From an uncultured Chloroflexia bacterium (lineage in GTDB: Bacteria > Chloroflexota > Limnocylindria > Limnocylindrales > CSP1-4), in the NCBI GenBank assembly GCA_963789865.1, contig CAWBMD010000001.1, positions 129,095 to 193,094 on the forward strand: a stretch of 64,000 nucleotides of DNA, read 5' to 3'. Below the pieces are notes generated by a model. That model saw nothing but the letters and a program-made list of their open reading frames with translations. It was not told the origin of the DNA and did no database searches. The stretch's first letter is position 1. Every line of letters starts with the position of its first letter. Positions 30,888 through 41,723 of this stretch are shown piece by piece. The position numbers were made by a program, and so were the translations under genes.

Positions 30888-32250
30888 TCAGCCGACGCCC
30901 TCGTAGCGCTCCCCCGCGTAGCTCACGAAGCGCGTCTGCGCCTTCTTGAACCACAGGTCGATCTCGCCGGTGGGGCCGTTGCGGTGCTTGGACAGCTTCA
31001 GCTTGACCACCTCGCCGTCGGTCTGCTGGTCGTCCGACCCGCGCTCCTTCTCGCGCCACAGGAACATCACGAGGTCCGCGTCCTGCTCGATGGAGCCCGA
31101 CTCCCGGAGGTCCGACAGGCGAGGCTCCTTGGACTCGCGCATCTCCGGCTGCCGCGACAGCTGGCTGAGGGCGATGACCGGGACCTTCAGCTCGCGGGCG
31201 AGGGCCTTGAGCCCGCGCGAGATCTCCGAGACCTCCTGGACGCGGTTGGCGTCACGCGTGGTGGTGGAGGACTGCATGAGCTGCAGGTAGTCCACGATGA
31301 CGAGGTCCAGGCCGACCTCGGCCTGGAGGCGCCGGGCCTTGGTTCGCAGCTCCATCGTGGTGATGTTGGGCGTGTCGTCGATGTAGATCGGCGCCTCGGA
31401 CAGCGCGTTCATCGCCGGGGCGATCCGGGCGAAGTCCAGCTCCTCCAGGAAGCCGGTCCGCAGCCGCTGCGAGTCGATGTTCGAGACCGACGACAGCAGG
31501 CGGAGCACGAGCTGCTCCTTGCTCATCTCGAGGCTGAAGATGCCGACGGACTTGCGTCCGTGACGGCCGCGTGCTCCGCGATGTTGAGCGCGAAGCTGGT
31601 CTTGCCGACCGAGGGCCGGGCCGCGAGGATCACGAGGTCGCTCTTCTGGAGCCCGGTGGTCAGCGTGTCGAGGTCCCCGAAACCCGTCCGGATGCCGCTG
31701 ATCTCGCCGCGGTGGGCGTGGAGGTAGTCCAGCCGGTCGTAGGCGTCGTGGAGGAGGCTGCGCAGCGACCGAGAACCCGGCCGAGACGCGCCGCTCGCTG
31801 ACGGCGTAGAGCTCCGACTCCGCCCGGTCGATCGCCTCCTGACCTCCGCCGGGTCCTCGTAGCCGATGCCGGCGATCTTGCCCGCCGCGCCGATGAGGTT
31901 CCGCAGGACGGACTTCCGCTCCACGATGCGGGCGTACTGGGCGGCGTGCACGGCGGTCGGCGTGGAGTTGGAGAGCGTGGCCGAGGTAGGCGCGGCCGCC
32001 GATGCTCTCGAGGTCCCCGGATCCGCTCCAGCGCCTCCGACACGGTCACGATGTCGATGGGCTCCCGTCGCTCCGACAGGTCCAGCATCACGGCGTAGAT
32101 GCGACCGTGGGCCTGGCGGTAGAAGTCGTCCGGCTTGAGGAAGTCCGCGATCTCGATCATCGCGTCACGGTCGATCAGGACCGCACCGAGCACGGACTGC
32201 TCGGCCTCGATGGATTGCGGCGGAAGGCGGTCGATCATGCGGTGCGGCAT
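30888..32250 (-). CDS. dnaB: Replicative DNA helicase (frameshifted)
   Basis: [56 protein letters not shown]. Confidence 0.96.
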
Positions 32251-32357
32251 CTCCGGCAGGGCGTTGCGTGACGTCCATGCATGGTGCGGCCATGCAGCCG
32301 GTGCCCGATCAACGAGGTGCGTGTCCCCGAGTCGCCCGTCGACCGTTCACCGGACCG

Positions 32358-32390
32358 TGTGGACACCTGTGGACAACGCGGTGTGGACAC
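32358..32390. promoter_or_regulatory. Cluster of three DnaA-box-like sites upstream of dnaB
   Basis: TGTGGACAC (32358), TGTGGACAA (32368; = TTGTCCACA), TGTGGACAC (32382). Confidence 0.65.
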
Positions 32391-32409
32391 TGGTCGCAGG
32401 CCGCCGGCG

Positions 32410-33080
32410 TCAGTCCAGGCGGCGGATGACGCCGATCAGCTTCCCCTGGATCCGCACCGACGGGTAGAACTGAGGCGCGTAGTCCGGGTTGGCCGGCTGG
32501 AGGCGCACGCGGTCCTTCTCGCGGAAGAACCGCTTGAGGGTGACCGCGTTCTCCTCCACCTGGGCCACGACGATGTCGCCGTCCCGCGCGGTCTCCTGCG
32601 GCCGGATCACCACGAAGTCCCCGTCCGCGATGTGCGCCTCGATCATCGAGTCCCCGCGGACGCGCAGCACGTAGGCGTCACCCGCCGGGAGCGAGGATGT
32701 CCGGCACGGCGAGCGTCTCGGACGCGTCCTGGTAGGCCTCGATCGGGCCCGCCGGCGGCGATCTCGCCCGATGATCGGCAGCGTGTGCGAGTTCGCCGGG
32801 GATGCGTCTGGGGCGTCAGCTCCGAGGCGAGCCCCAGCCGCAGTGCGGCCGTCGGCGTGAGGCGGATGGCCCGGGACTGGGACGTGCCGTCCTCCGAGAC
32901 GCCGCGCTCCAGGTAGCCCTCCTTCTCGAGGATCTGGAGGTGGTGGTGCACGGCGGACGTGGAGGCGAGCCCGACGGCCTTGGCGATCTCGCGCACGGAC
33001 GGCGGATAACCGCGAGCGCGAATGGTCGCCGCGATCACGTCGAGGATCTTGCGCTTGCGTTCGGCGTCGTGACGGGTCAT
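32410..33080 (-). CDS. lexA: LexA repressor (frameshifted)
   Basis: [14 protein letters not shown] cleavage site, VRGDSMI, VTLKRF. Confidence 0.95.
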
Positions 33081-33103
33081 CGGGCGCCTCCTTTCCAGGC
33101 TGC

Positions 33104-33132
33104 CATGATACCGAACGGACGTTCGATGTCAA
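33104..33132 (-). promoter_or_regulatory. lexA promoter with an SOS box in the spacer
   Basis: TTGACA-N16-TATCAT enclosing CGAACGTCCGTTCG (33112-33125). Confidence 0.85.
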
Positions 33133-33232
33133 ACCGAGAACGGAATCGTCGCGCGTGCCGTGCCTTCGCCCCCTGATAGACTCGCGATTCCCGGCAGCCG
33201 CAGCAGCCGTGGATTTCGACGTGAGGAGCAGG

Positions 33233-33773
33233 GTGGCGCGAGCATCGCGGGTCGACCGCCGAGGACCGGCAACAGGCACGACGGGGACGCCGCGACCAGC
33301 GGATCGGCCTCCGAAGGCTGCTGGCCCTGGCGGCGTTCCTGCCGCTCGCGAGCCGCGCGCCGGTGTACGGACGCCTCTTCTGGGAGCTGATCCGCGACGA
33401 CCGGACGCCCATGGGCCGCAAGGCGATGCTCGCGGCGGCTCTCGGCTACCTGGTGGTCGGGCGGGATCTCGTCCCGGACGACCTGCCGATCATCGGTGGC
33501 CTCGATGACCTCGTCGTCGTGGTGCTGGCGGTGGACCTGTTCCTGGACGGGGTGCCGGAACCCGTTCTGGACGAGAAGCTGGACGAGCTGGGCATCGATC
33601 GTCGCGCGTTCCGCGAGGACGTGAACCGGATCCGGCGCTTCACGCCGGGCCCGCTCCGGCGCATCATGCGACGTGCGCCCGAGCTGATCTCGTTCGCGGG
33701 CGATACGCTGCACAACAGCCGGCTTGGACCGAGGGTCCGGACCTGGATCAACAAGGAGGGTTCGATCGCGTGA
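33233..33773 (+). CDS. YkvA/DUF1232-family protein (5' part frameshifted)
   Basis: [21 protein letters not shown]. Confidence 0.8.
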
Positions 33774-34217
33774 AGGTGATCCTGACGAAGGACGTCGCGA
33801 AGCTCGGCAAGACGGGCGAGATGAAGACGGTCGCGGACGGGTACGCCCAGAACTTCCTCATCCCGCAGAAGCTCGCCGTGTCCGCTTCGGGTGGCGCCTA
33901 TCGCGCGTACCAGCACGACATCGCGAGCCGCGAGGACAAGCGTCAGCGCGAGCGCGCCGACGCCGAGATCGCCGCGACCCGCATCGGCGAGCACCACGCT
34001 GACGATGGGCGTCAAGGTCGGTGAGGGCGGCAAGCTGTACGGCTCGATCAACAACCAGGACATCGCGGAGGCCCTCGGCCGGCGCGGGATCGTCGTGGAC
34101 AAGCACAAGATCGAGCTCGACGCGCCGATCAAGTCCCTCGGCACCTACAAGGTGGCGATCAAGGTGTACGCGGGCATGACGCCCGAGGTCACGATCGTCG
34201 TCGAACCGAAGGGCTGA
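33770..34217 (+). CDS. rplI: 50S ribosomal protein L9 (frameshifted)
   Basis: [29 protein letters not shown]; GKLYGSI; PIKSLG. Confidence 0.96.
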
Positions 34218-34260
34218 CGGCTCGCGGGCCCCGCGCCCGCCCGCTCGAAGCACGGGGACT

Positions 34261-34298
34261 CGCCCGGCCCGTTCGCGGAGCCGGGCGTTTCTGTGTTT
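34261..34298 (+). terminator. Probable intrinsic terminator after rplI
   Basis: CGCCCGGC/GCCGGGCG stem followed by TTTCTGTGTTT. Confidence 0.6.
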
Positions 34299-34601
34299 CG
34301 GGCGTTTCTGTGTCCCGGGCGCTCTGGTCCAGCCTGCGACGCGCCCAGATTGGTTCGCCTGCAGGTCGTTCCATCCAAGCGGAACGATCCGGCGCCACCA
34401 CTCCCGATCTGGCGCGACCGCCGCCATCCAGTTCAGGGCGGGTGACCACACGACCAGGCCGGGGTCGCGCAAGGTCATGCCGCTTGAGTGACACGATCGT
34501 GCCGCATCGCATGCTGCCATGCCCGACCGCGCCAGCCGCGGCCCGGCCCTGCGGGCGCGCGTGACAAGACGTCGTCGCGCAGCGGGCGGAGAATCGCGCA
34601 C

Positions 34602-35897
34602 GTGAGCACCCGGACCATCCTGCACGTGGATCTCGACGCTTTCTTCGCGTCGGTCGAGCAGCGCGACCGGCCAGAGCTGCGCGGCAGGCCGGTCATCGTC
34701 GGCGGCGGGGGCCCGAACCAGCGGGGCGTGGTGTCGGCCGCCAGCTACGAGGCTCGGACGTTCGGCGTCCATTCGGCGATGCCGCTCAGGACCGCCGGCC
34801 GCCTCTGCCCCCAGGGCGTGTTCCTGCCCGTGGACGGGCGCAAGTACCAGCAGGCGAGCCGCGAGGTGATGGCGATCCTCCGCCGGTTCACCCCCCAGGT
34901 CCAGCCGATCTCCATCGACGAGGCGTTCCTGGACGTCACCGCCTCACGGGCCCTGTTCGGCGACGGACCCGTGATCGCGCAGCGGATCAAGGACGCGGTC
35001 CACGATGAGGTCCGGCTCACGGCCTCGGTCGGCGTCGCCGCGACGAAGCTGGTCGCCAAGATCGCCTCCGACCTGCGCAAGCCGGACGGGCTGGTCGTGG
35101 TGGCGCCGGGCGAGGAGGCGGCGTTCCTCGCGCCGCTCCCCATCTCGCGCCTGTGGGGCGTCGGCGAGAAGACCGCCGCGTCGCTGCTGGACTACGGGGT
35201 CCGCACGATCGGCGATCTCGCGGCCCTGGACCCGGCGGTGCTCGAACGGCGCTTCGGCAAGCACGGGGCGTCGCTGGTGGCCCGCGCCCACGGTATCGAC
35301 CCGGACCCGGTGGCGACGGGGGAGCCCGCGAAGTCGATCGGACACGAGCACACCTTCGACGTGGACACGTCCGAGGCCGAGGTCATCGAGCGCACCATCC
35401 TGGGCATGGCCGACGGCGTCGCCTGGCGCCTGCGCGCCTCCGGGCTCAAGGCCGTGACGATCACGATCAAGCTGCGCGACAGCAGCTTCACCACGATCAC
35501 CCGCCAGGTGGGCCTGGACGTCCCGGCCGACCTCACGGAACCGATCTACGAGGCGTCGCTGGCGCTGGTGCGCAAGGAGCTCCACGGCCAGCGGATCCGG
35601 CTGGTCGGCGTGACGGCGTCGAACTTCCGGGACCGCGACCAGCTGGCGTTGTTCGGCGGCGAGGATCCGAAGCGCCACCGGGCGGCCGAGGCGCTGGACA
35701 CCATTCGCCGCAAGTACGGGGACAGGGCCGTGACGCGCGCCCGGCTCGTCCGGGCGGCGCTCCCCGCGCCGTTCGAGCGGGACCCGATGACCCCGGTCGA
35801 GCACCGGCAGGGCCTCAGGCGGTCGGTCCCTCGGCCCGAGGATCGTGACAGCCAAGATGGCACGGACGTCGCGGAGGATTTCGATACAGACGCTTGA
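34602..35897 (+). CDS. dinB: Y-family DNA polymerase IV
   Basis: HVDLDAFFASVE, ASYEAR.FG, SIDEAFLD, KIASDLRKPDG; QLALF clamp motif. Confidence 0.95.
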   Translation: MSTRTILHVDLDAFFASVEQRDRPELRGRPVIVGGGGPNQRGVVSAASYEARTFGVHSAMPLRTAGRLCPQGVFLPVDGRKYQQASREVMAILRRFTPQVQPISIDEAFLDVTASRALFGDGPVIAQRIKDAVHDEVRLTASVGVAATKLVAKIASDLRKPDGLVVVAPGEEAAFLAPLPISRLWGVGEKTAASLLDYGVRTIGDLAALDPAVLERRFGKHGASLVARAHGIDPDPVATGEPAKSIGHEHTFDVDTSEAEVIERTILGMADGVAWRLRASGLKAVTITIKLRDSSFTTITRQVGLDVPADLTEPIYEASLALVRKELHGQRIRLVGVTASNFRDRDQLALFGGEDPKRHRAAEALDTIRRKYGDRAVTRARLVRAALPAPFERDPMTPVEHRQGLRRSVPRPEDRDSQDGTDVAEDFDTDA

Positions 35898-35946
35898 CAT
35901 CGAACGCATGTTCGATCTAGTGTCCATCGAAACGAACAGACGTTCG
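35894..35946 (+). promoter_or_regulatory. Promoter with two SOS boxes
   Basis: TTGACA (35894)..TAGTGT; CGAACGCATGTTCG (35901-35914) and CGAACAGACGTTCG (35933-35946). Confidence 0.85.
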
Positions 35947-36001
35947 CATCCGGAGTGCCCCCGGGTGACGCACGACCCCGCCGCGTGAAGGAGATACCAC
36001 C

Positions 36002-36271
36002 ATGGCGATGGTTCGCGTCGCACCGGTCACCGTCCAGGTCCGTACCGACTGGTTCAACGGCATTCCCCGCGAGATCACCTGGGGCGAGGATCGCCTCACC
36101 GTCACCCGCCTCGTCGCCGTGCGCGACGAGCGGAGGGCCTACCCGGCGATCACCGGACCCCGCACGGTTTTCGAGGTGGACACGGCCGAGCTGCGGCTCG
36201 CGCTCACCTATCAGCACCGGTCCAGGCGCTGGACCATCGACGGGCTGGACGGCCTCGATCGGGCCGCCTGA
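36002..36271 (+). CDS. 89-aa beta-rich protein, predicted SOS-regulated (DUF6504/ImuB-C-like)
   Basis: AAGGAG RBS; P..I.W, VFEV and RW.I.G pattern; directly behind two LexA boxes. Confidence 0.7.
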   Translation: MAMVRVAPVTVQVRTDWFNGIPREITWGEDRLTVTRLVAVRDERRAYPAITGPRTVFEVDTAELRLALTYQHRSRRWTIDGLDGLDRAA

Positions 36272-36451
36272 CGCCCGCCCACCACACGCGGGGGTCGCGG
36301 CTCCTCTCCGTGGGCTCCCCGGGGTCGGCTGCGGGGCGGGCGTCGATTCGCTCGCCCCGCGGGCCACGCGTCGTCCCGTGGGCTGGTCGGCATGGTGCAA
36401 CCCGGCCGCTCGGGCCCACTCGCGCCGCCCTCGCGTCTCTACAATCGCAGG

Positions 36452-37096
36452 GTGGAACCACATGACCGCTTCCGCGACCTGACGGTCGCGACCTTCGTTG
36501 AGCGGCTCGCGTCCGGTGAGCCTGTCCCCGGGGGCGGCAGCGCCGCCGCGATCGCCGGGAGCCTTGGGGCTGCGCTGGTCGCGATGGTCGCGACGCTGTC
36601 CGAGGGCCGCCCGAAGTACGCGGAGCACGCAGCCCTCCATGCCGAGGCCGGTGCTGCCGCACACGACCTCTCGGATCGTCTCCTGGCTCTCGCGGACGAG
36701 GACGCCGCCGCGTTTGCCATCTACGGGGCCGCTCTCAGGATGCCGCGAGACACGGACGAGCAGCGCGATGCCCGCAGCACCGCGATCCGTGAGGCGGCCC
36801 GGGGGGCGTCCATGGTCCCGTTCCAGACGGTCGAGGCCTGTCTCCAGGTCGTCATCCTCGCCGAGGCACTCGCGGGACGGAGCAACAGGAATGCCTCGTC
36901 GGACCTCGAGGTCTCGAGCCTGATGGCCCTCGCCGCCGCCCGGTCCGCCGCGGCGAACGTGTACATCAACCTGCCGTCCATCGGCGACCCGGACACCGAG
37001 CGCGACCTCTTCCGGCGCACCGAGGAGCTGGCCGACACGATCGAGCGCGTTGCGAACGAGACCCGGGAGGTCGTCCGGAGCGGGAGACAGCCGTGA
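36452..37096 (+). CDS. Formiminotetrahydrofolate cyclodeaminase (FTCD C-terminal family)
   Basis: LASGEPVPGGGSAAA, ADEDAAAF, NVYINL. Confidence 0.88.
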   Translation: MEPHDRFRDLTVATFVERLASGEPVPGGGSAAAIAGSLGAALVAMVATLSEGRPKYAEHAALHAEAGAAAHDLSDRLLALADEDAAAFAIYGAALRMPRDTDEQRDARSTAIREAARGASMVPFQTVEACLQVVILAEALAGRSNRNASSDLEVSSLMALAAARSAAANVYINLPSIGDPDTERDLFRRTEELADTIERVANETREVVRSGRQP

Positions 37097-37117
37097 ACCG
37101 CTCGAGCGCGGCAACGG

Positions 37118-38046
37118 GTGACGCCCTCGCTGACCGACGACGGCCCGCGGCTCCTGCGCGGCGGCCCGATCGCGTCCGGGATCCGGGAACAGGTCGCCGC
37201 CGACGTCGCCTCGTTCCGGGCGGAGTTCGGCTACGCCCCCGCGCTCGCCGTGCTCGTCGTGGGCAAGGACGCGCCCTCGGCCGTCTACCTCCACAAGATC
37301 CTCGACGGCTGCCGGCTGGTCGGGATCGAGGACCGCCTGGTCGAGCTCGCACGCGGACGCCACCGAGGCCGATATCGCCGAGGCCCTGCGCGACCTCCAG
37401 CGGGACCCGCGCGTCGCCGGGATCATCACCCAGATGCCGCTGCCGCCGGGCATCCCCCTGCGCGCGGTCATCGACGTCCTGGACCCGCTGCGCGACATCG
37501 ACGGCATCCACCCGCTCAATGCCGGGCTGCTGTCGCTCGGCTTCGACGGCTTCCTGCCCGCCACCGCCCACGCCGCGGTCGAGATCCTGACGAAGTCGGG
37601 GATCGAGCTGTCGGGCAAGCACGCCGTGGTCATCGGGCGGTCGAACGTTGTCGGCAAGCCAGCGGCCCTGCTCCTCCTGCGCGAGAACGCCACGGTCACC
37701 ATCTGCCACAGCAGGACCGTGGACCTGGCGTCGGTCATCCGGACCGCGGACATCGTCGTGGTCGCGATCGGCCGGGCGGGCTTCGTCACCGGCGACATGC
37801 TCAAGCCGGGAGCCGTCGTCGTGGACGTCGGCATCAACGTGGTCGAGGGCAGGCTCGTCGGGCGACGTGGACTTCACGTCCGCGAGCCTCGTCGCCTCGG
37901 CGATCACCCCGGTGCCCGGCGGGGTCGGGCCGCTGACCAACGCGATCCTGCTCACCCACCTCGTCCAGGCCGCCCGGAACCAGGCCACGGGCCTGATCCC
38001 GCTGGGCGCATCCTCGCTCGCCGTCGCCATGCCGGAGGCCCGCTGA
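37118..38046 (+). CDS. folD: Methylenetetrahydrofolate dehydrogenase/cyclohydrolase (frameshifted)
   Basis: [41 protein letters not shown]. Confidence 0.93.
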
Positions 38047-39755
38047 TGTCCTTTCCGTCCGATCTCGAGATCGCCCGCTCGGTCACGCCGCGCCCCATCG
38101 CGGAGATCGCCCACGAGCTCGGATACCGAGACGACGAGATCGAGCTGTACGGCAGCACCAAGGCGAAGATCACCCTCGAGGGGATCGGACGGCTCGAGGC
38201 CGAGCGCCCCCGCGGCAAGTACGTCCTGGTGACGGCCATCAGCCCGACGCCCCTCGGCGAGGGCAAGAGCACCACGACGGTCGGCCTCGCCCAGGGCCTC
38301 GAGCGCATCGGCAAGCGGGCCGCGGTCGCCCTCCGCCAGCCGAGCCTCGGCCCGGTGTTCGGGATCAAGGGCGGCGCCGCGGGCGGCGGGTACTCGCCAG
38401 GTCATCCCGATGGAGGACTTCAACCTCCACCTCACGGGCGACGTCCACGCGATCGGTGCCGCGCACAACCTCGCCGCGGCGTTCATCGACAACCACATCC
38501 ACCACGGCAACGCCCTGGGCATCGACGCCAACGCCATCCTCTGGCCGCGCGTCCTCGACATCAGCGACCGCGCGCTGCGCGACATCGTGGTGGGTCTGGG
38601 CGGCAGGGAGAACGGCTACCCGCGCCAGGGATCGTTCGTGATCACGGTCGCGTCCGAGGTCATGGCGATCCTCGCCCTCGCCCGGGACCTGCGCGACCTG
38701 CGCGCCCGCCTGGGCAGGATCGTCCTCGCGACGAAGAAGGACGGCACCCCGATCACCGCCGAGGACCTGCAAGGTCGCGGGGTCCATGGCGGTCCTGCTC
38801 AAGGATGCCCTCAAGCCCAACCTGCTCCAGACCCTCGAGGGCGGTCCCGCCTGGGTCCACTGCGGCCCGTTCGCCAACATCGCCCACGGCAACAACAGCA
38901 TCCTCGCCGACCGCGCGGCCCTGGCCACCAGCGACATCCTCGTCACCGAGGCGGGCTTCGGGGCCGACATGGGCGCCGAGAAGTTCTTCGACATCAAGTG
39001 CCGGGCCAGTCGGTCTCACCTGTGACGCCGCGGTGATCGTGGCCACCATCCGCGCGCTCAAGATGCACGGCGGCGTGGGCCGGATCGTCGCCGGCAAGCC
39101 GCTCGACCCCGCGCTGCTCGAGAGCAACCCCGAGGCGGTCCGCGCCGGCGGCGTGAACCTCGCCAAGCAGATCGAGAACGTGATGGCCTACGGCGTGCCG
39201 GTGGTCGTGGCGATCAACGTGTTCCCGACCGACACTGCCGACGAGATCGAGGCGGTCCGCGAGGTGGCGATGGCCGCCGGGGCGCGTGATGCGGTCGTCG
39301 CCCGCCACTTCACCGACGGCGGCGCCGGGGCGGAGGACCTCGCCCGCGCGGTCTGGGCGGCGGCCGAGGCGGGCAGCCCCGACTTCCAACTGCTCTACCC
39401 CGACGACATGCCGCTGCGGGACAAGATCGAGACGATCGCCACCCGCATCTACGGGGCCGACGGCGTGGACTACCTCCCGGCCGCCACCAAGAGCCTCAAG
39501 CTGTACGAGGACATGGGCTTCGGGCACCTGCCGGTCTGCGTCGCCAAGACCCAGTACAGCCTGTCCCACGACGCGAAGCTGCTCGGCCGGCCCACCGGGT
39601 TCCGGCTGCCGATCCGCGAGGTCCGCCTGTCCGCCGGGGCCGGCTTTGTCACCCCGATCGCCGGCGACATGCGCACGATGCCGGGGCTCAACTCCCGACC
39701 CGGCGGCGAGCGCATCGACCTCGACGACGACGGCAACATCGTCGGGCTGTTCTAG
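38046..39755 (+). CDS. fhs: Formate--tetrahydrofolate ligase (frameshifted)
   Basis: [55 protein letters not shown]. Confidence 0.95.
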   Translation: MSFPSDLEIARSVTPRPIAEIAHELGYRDDEIELYGSTKAKITLEGIGRLEAERPRGKYVLVTAISPTPLGEGKSTTTVGLAQGLERIGKRAAVALRQPSLGPVFGIKGGAAGGGYSPGHPDGGLQPPPHGRRPRDRCRAQPRRGVHRQPHPPRQRPGHRRQRHPLAARPRHQRPRAARHRGGSGRQGERLPAPGIVRDHGRVRGHGDPRPRPGPARPARPPGQDRPRDEEGRHPDHRRGPARSRGPWRSCSRMPSSPTCSRPSRAVPPGSTAARSPTSPTATTASSPTARPWPPATSSSPRRASGPTWAPRSSSTSSAGPVGLTCDAAVIVATIRALKMHGGVGRIVAGKPLDPALLESNPEAVRAGGVNLAKQIENVMAYGVPVVVAINVFPTDTADEIEAVREVAMAAGARDAVVARHFTDGGAGAEDLARAVWAAAEAGSPDFQLLYPDDMPLRDKIETIATRIYGADGVDYLPAATKSLKLYEDMGFGHLPVCVAKTQYSLSHDAKLLGRPTGFRLPIREVRLSAGAGFVTPIAGDMRTMPGLNSRPGGERIDLDDDGNIVGLF

Positions 39756-39803
39756 CCGGCGGGCACCGGGTGGCGTCCCGGGTCGCCGGACGTCGCCGCG
39801 ACC

Positions 39804-40043
39804 TCAGGCGTTGAAGGCGAAGCTCGTTGCGACGACGAAGCCGGCGGTGACGATCAGGGCCGCAACCACGCCGAGCACGCCGACGCCCCACATGCGCCAG
39901 TCGATCGGGCCGAGCGCCTCGCCGCCGTGGGCGTCGTGGCCGTGCCCGCCATCGCCGTGGTCGTCCGCCGTCGAGTGGCCGTCCGCCGTCGCGTCGGGTA
40001 TGCCGTGCTGGTCGGGAACGTGGGTGCCGTGCGTGTCGCTCAT
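39804..40043 (-). CDS. Small His-rich membrane protein
   Basis: His/Asp-rich N-terminus, LGPIDW, C-terminal TM. Confidence 0.55.
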   Translation of the reverse strand: MSDTHGTHVPDQHGIPDATADGHSTADDHGDGGHGHDAHGGEALGPIDWRMWGVGVLGVVAALIVTAGFVVATSFAFNA

Positions 40044-40106
40044 GGCCGAGTGGTCGCCACCTCCATCGGCCATTCTCCCACGAGCCGGCCGTTCTAGACT
40101 TGCATC

Positions 40107-40815
40107 GTGCTCACCCTCGTCCTCACCCGCCACGGCCTCACGGAACGCTCACTGCCCGAGCAGCACCTCGGGCAGCACATCGACATCTCCCTGAGCGATG
40201 CCGGGCGCCGTCAGGCGGAGGCGCTCGCGCGGCGCCTGCGGAGGCGTGCGTTTCGGCCGCGTGATCAGCAGCCCGCTGTTCCGCGCGCAGGAGACGGCCG
40301 AGATCGTGTCGCGTGGCGCGCGCGCCGAGACCGACCCCCGCCTCAAGGAGATGGACTACGGCGGCTGGGAGGGCCTCACCTACGAGCAGATCGACGGACG
40401 CGACGGCGCGGCGCGGCGGGAATGGGAGCTGGCGCCGGATCGGCTGGCCTGCCCGGGCGGCGAGTCCGGCAATGACGTCGCACTCCGCGTCCGCTCGTTC
40501 CTCGACGACCTCATTGCCGAGCACAAGGCCTGGACCGCGCGGGCGTCGTTTCGCGCGGCGACGTCCGGGGCCGGCTCGGCAGCTGACCTTGGCGACCGAC
40601 CGGTCCTGACCGTGGCCCACAGCTCCACCAACCGGGTCCTCATGTGCATCGCGCTCGGCACAGACCTGCGCGACTACCGGAAGCGCTTCGTGCAGGCCCA
40701 GGCGAACCTGACGGTGTTGCGCTGGGAGACGGGCGACGGACCGGAGGACGCGAAGCTGCTCGTCGCGAACGACACCGAGCACCTGCGGGGCGCCCACGAG
40801 GTGCCCTGGGGCTAG
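40107..40815 (+). CDS. Histidine phosphatase (phosphoglycerate-mutase family; frameshifted)
   Basis: LTRHGLT, SSPLFRAQET, EMDYGGWEG, GGES, VAH. Confidence 0.88.
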
Positions 40816-40931
40816 CCGCCGCGGGCGCGCGCCGCGATAGCGGTTCCCGGCGCGATGGCGGGGGGCGCCGGGTTCGTTCAATTGCGCGCAGACGCGGGGA
40901 GCATGCACTGGCGCGCAGGCGCTGCGGCGCG

Positions 40932-41619
40932 TCAGTCTGCGGCGGGGTCCGGGTCCGGGTCTGCGGCCTTCTTCGGTCGCCCGGGCGTGCCCAGCCGCCA
41001 CCAGAGCAGGGCGAGCAGGACGACCACGACCGCGATGGCGATCAGGAGATCGAACGGCTTGAGCATCTCGCGGATCTGCACCCAGTTGGCCCCCAGCTGC
41101 TCGCCGGCCCAGACCAGGGCGGTGGACCACAGGAACGCGCCGGCGGTGGAGAACGACGATGAACGTGCGGAGCGGCATCCGGGTGACGCCTGCCGGGAAC
41201 GAGATGAAGGTCCGGACGATCGGCAGGAGGCGGCCGATGAAGACGGTGGCGGCGCCGTACTTGCGGAAGAACTCGTCGGCGATCTCGATCTCGTGGGTGC
41301 GGATCAGCAGGTACTTGCCGTAGCGCTCGAGGAACGGTCGCCCGCCGTACGCGCCGATGGCGTAGGCCACCAGCGAGCCGATCGTGTTGCCCAGCGTGGC
41401 CACGATCACCACGATCCAGAAGTTCCAGGGCGCGTTCGTGATCGGCTCGACCTGGCCGGGGTCGGAGACCATGAAGCCGGCGAACGGGAGGATCAGCTCC
41501 GACGGCAGCGGGATCATCGCGGACTCGATCGCCATGGCCAGCATCACGCCGAGATAGCCCACGGCCCCGTAGAGGGACTGGAGGAACGGGAGGACGATCT
41601 GGTCGATGAAGGCGAGCAC
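40932..41619 (-). CDS. DedA-family membrane protein (frameshifted)
   Basis: ESAMIPLPSELILPFAG, GRLLPIVRTFISFPAG. Confidence 0.9.
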
Positions 41620-41723
41620 GGGTCGAGCGAGGCTCCTGTCGGGATACTGCCCGGGCTGGCGCGGGCGTGCCCGGCTGCGGCCGGAGGGCACGCGTCCGAG
41701 GATAGCCGACTATCCTCGGAACG

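Noticed and set aside
38046-39755. fhs/folD as Wood-Ljungdahl pathway markers
   Set aside because: They are linked to cyclodeaminase and hut genes; no CODH/ACS genes in the window.
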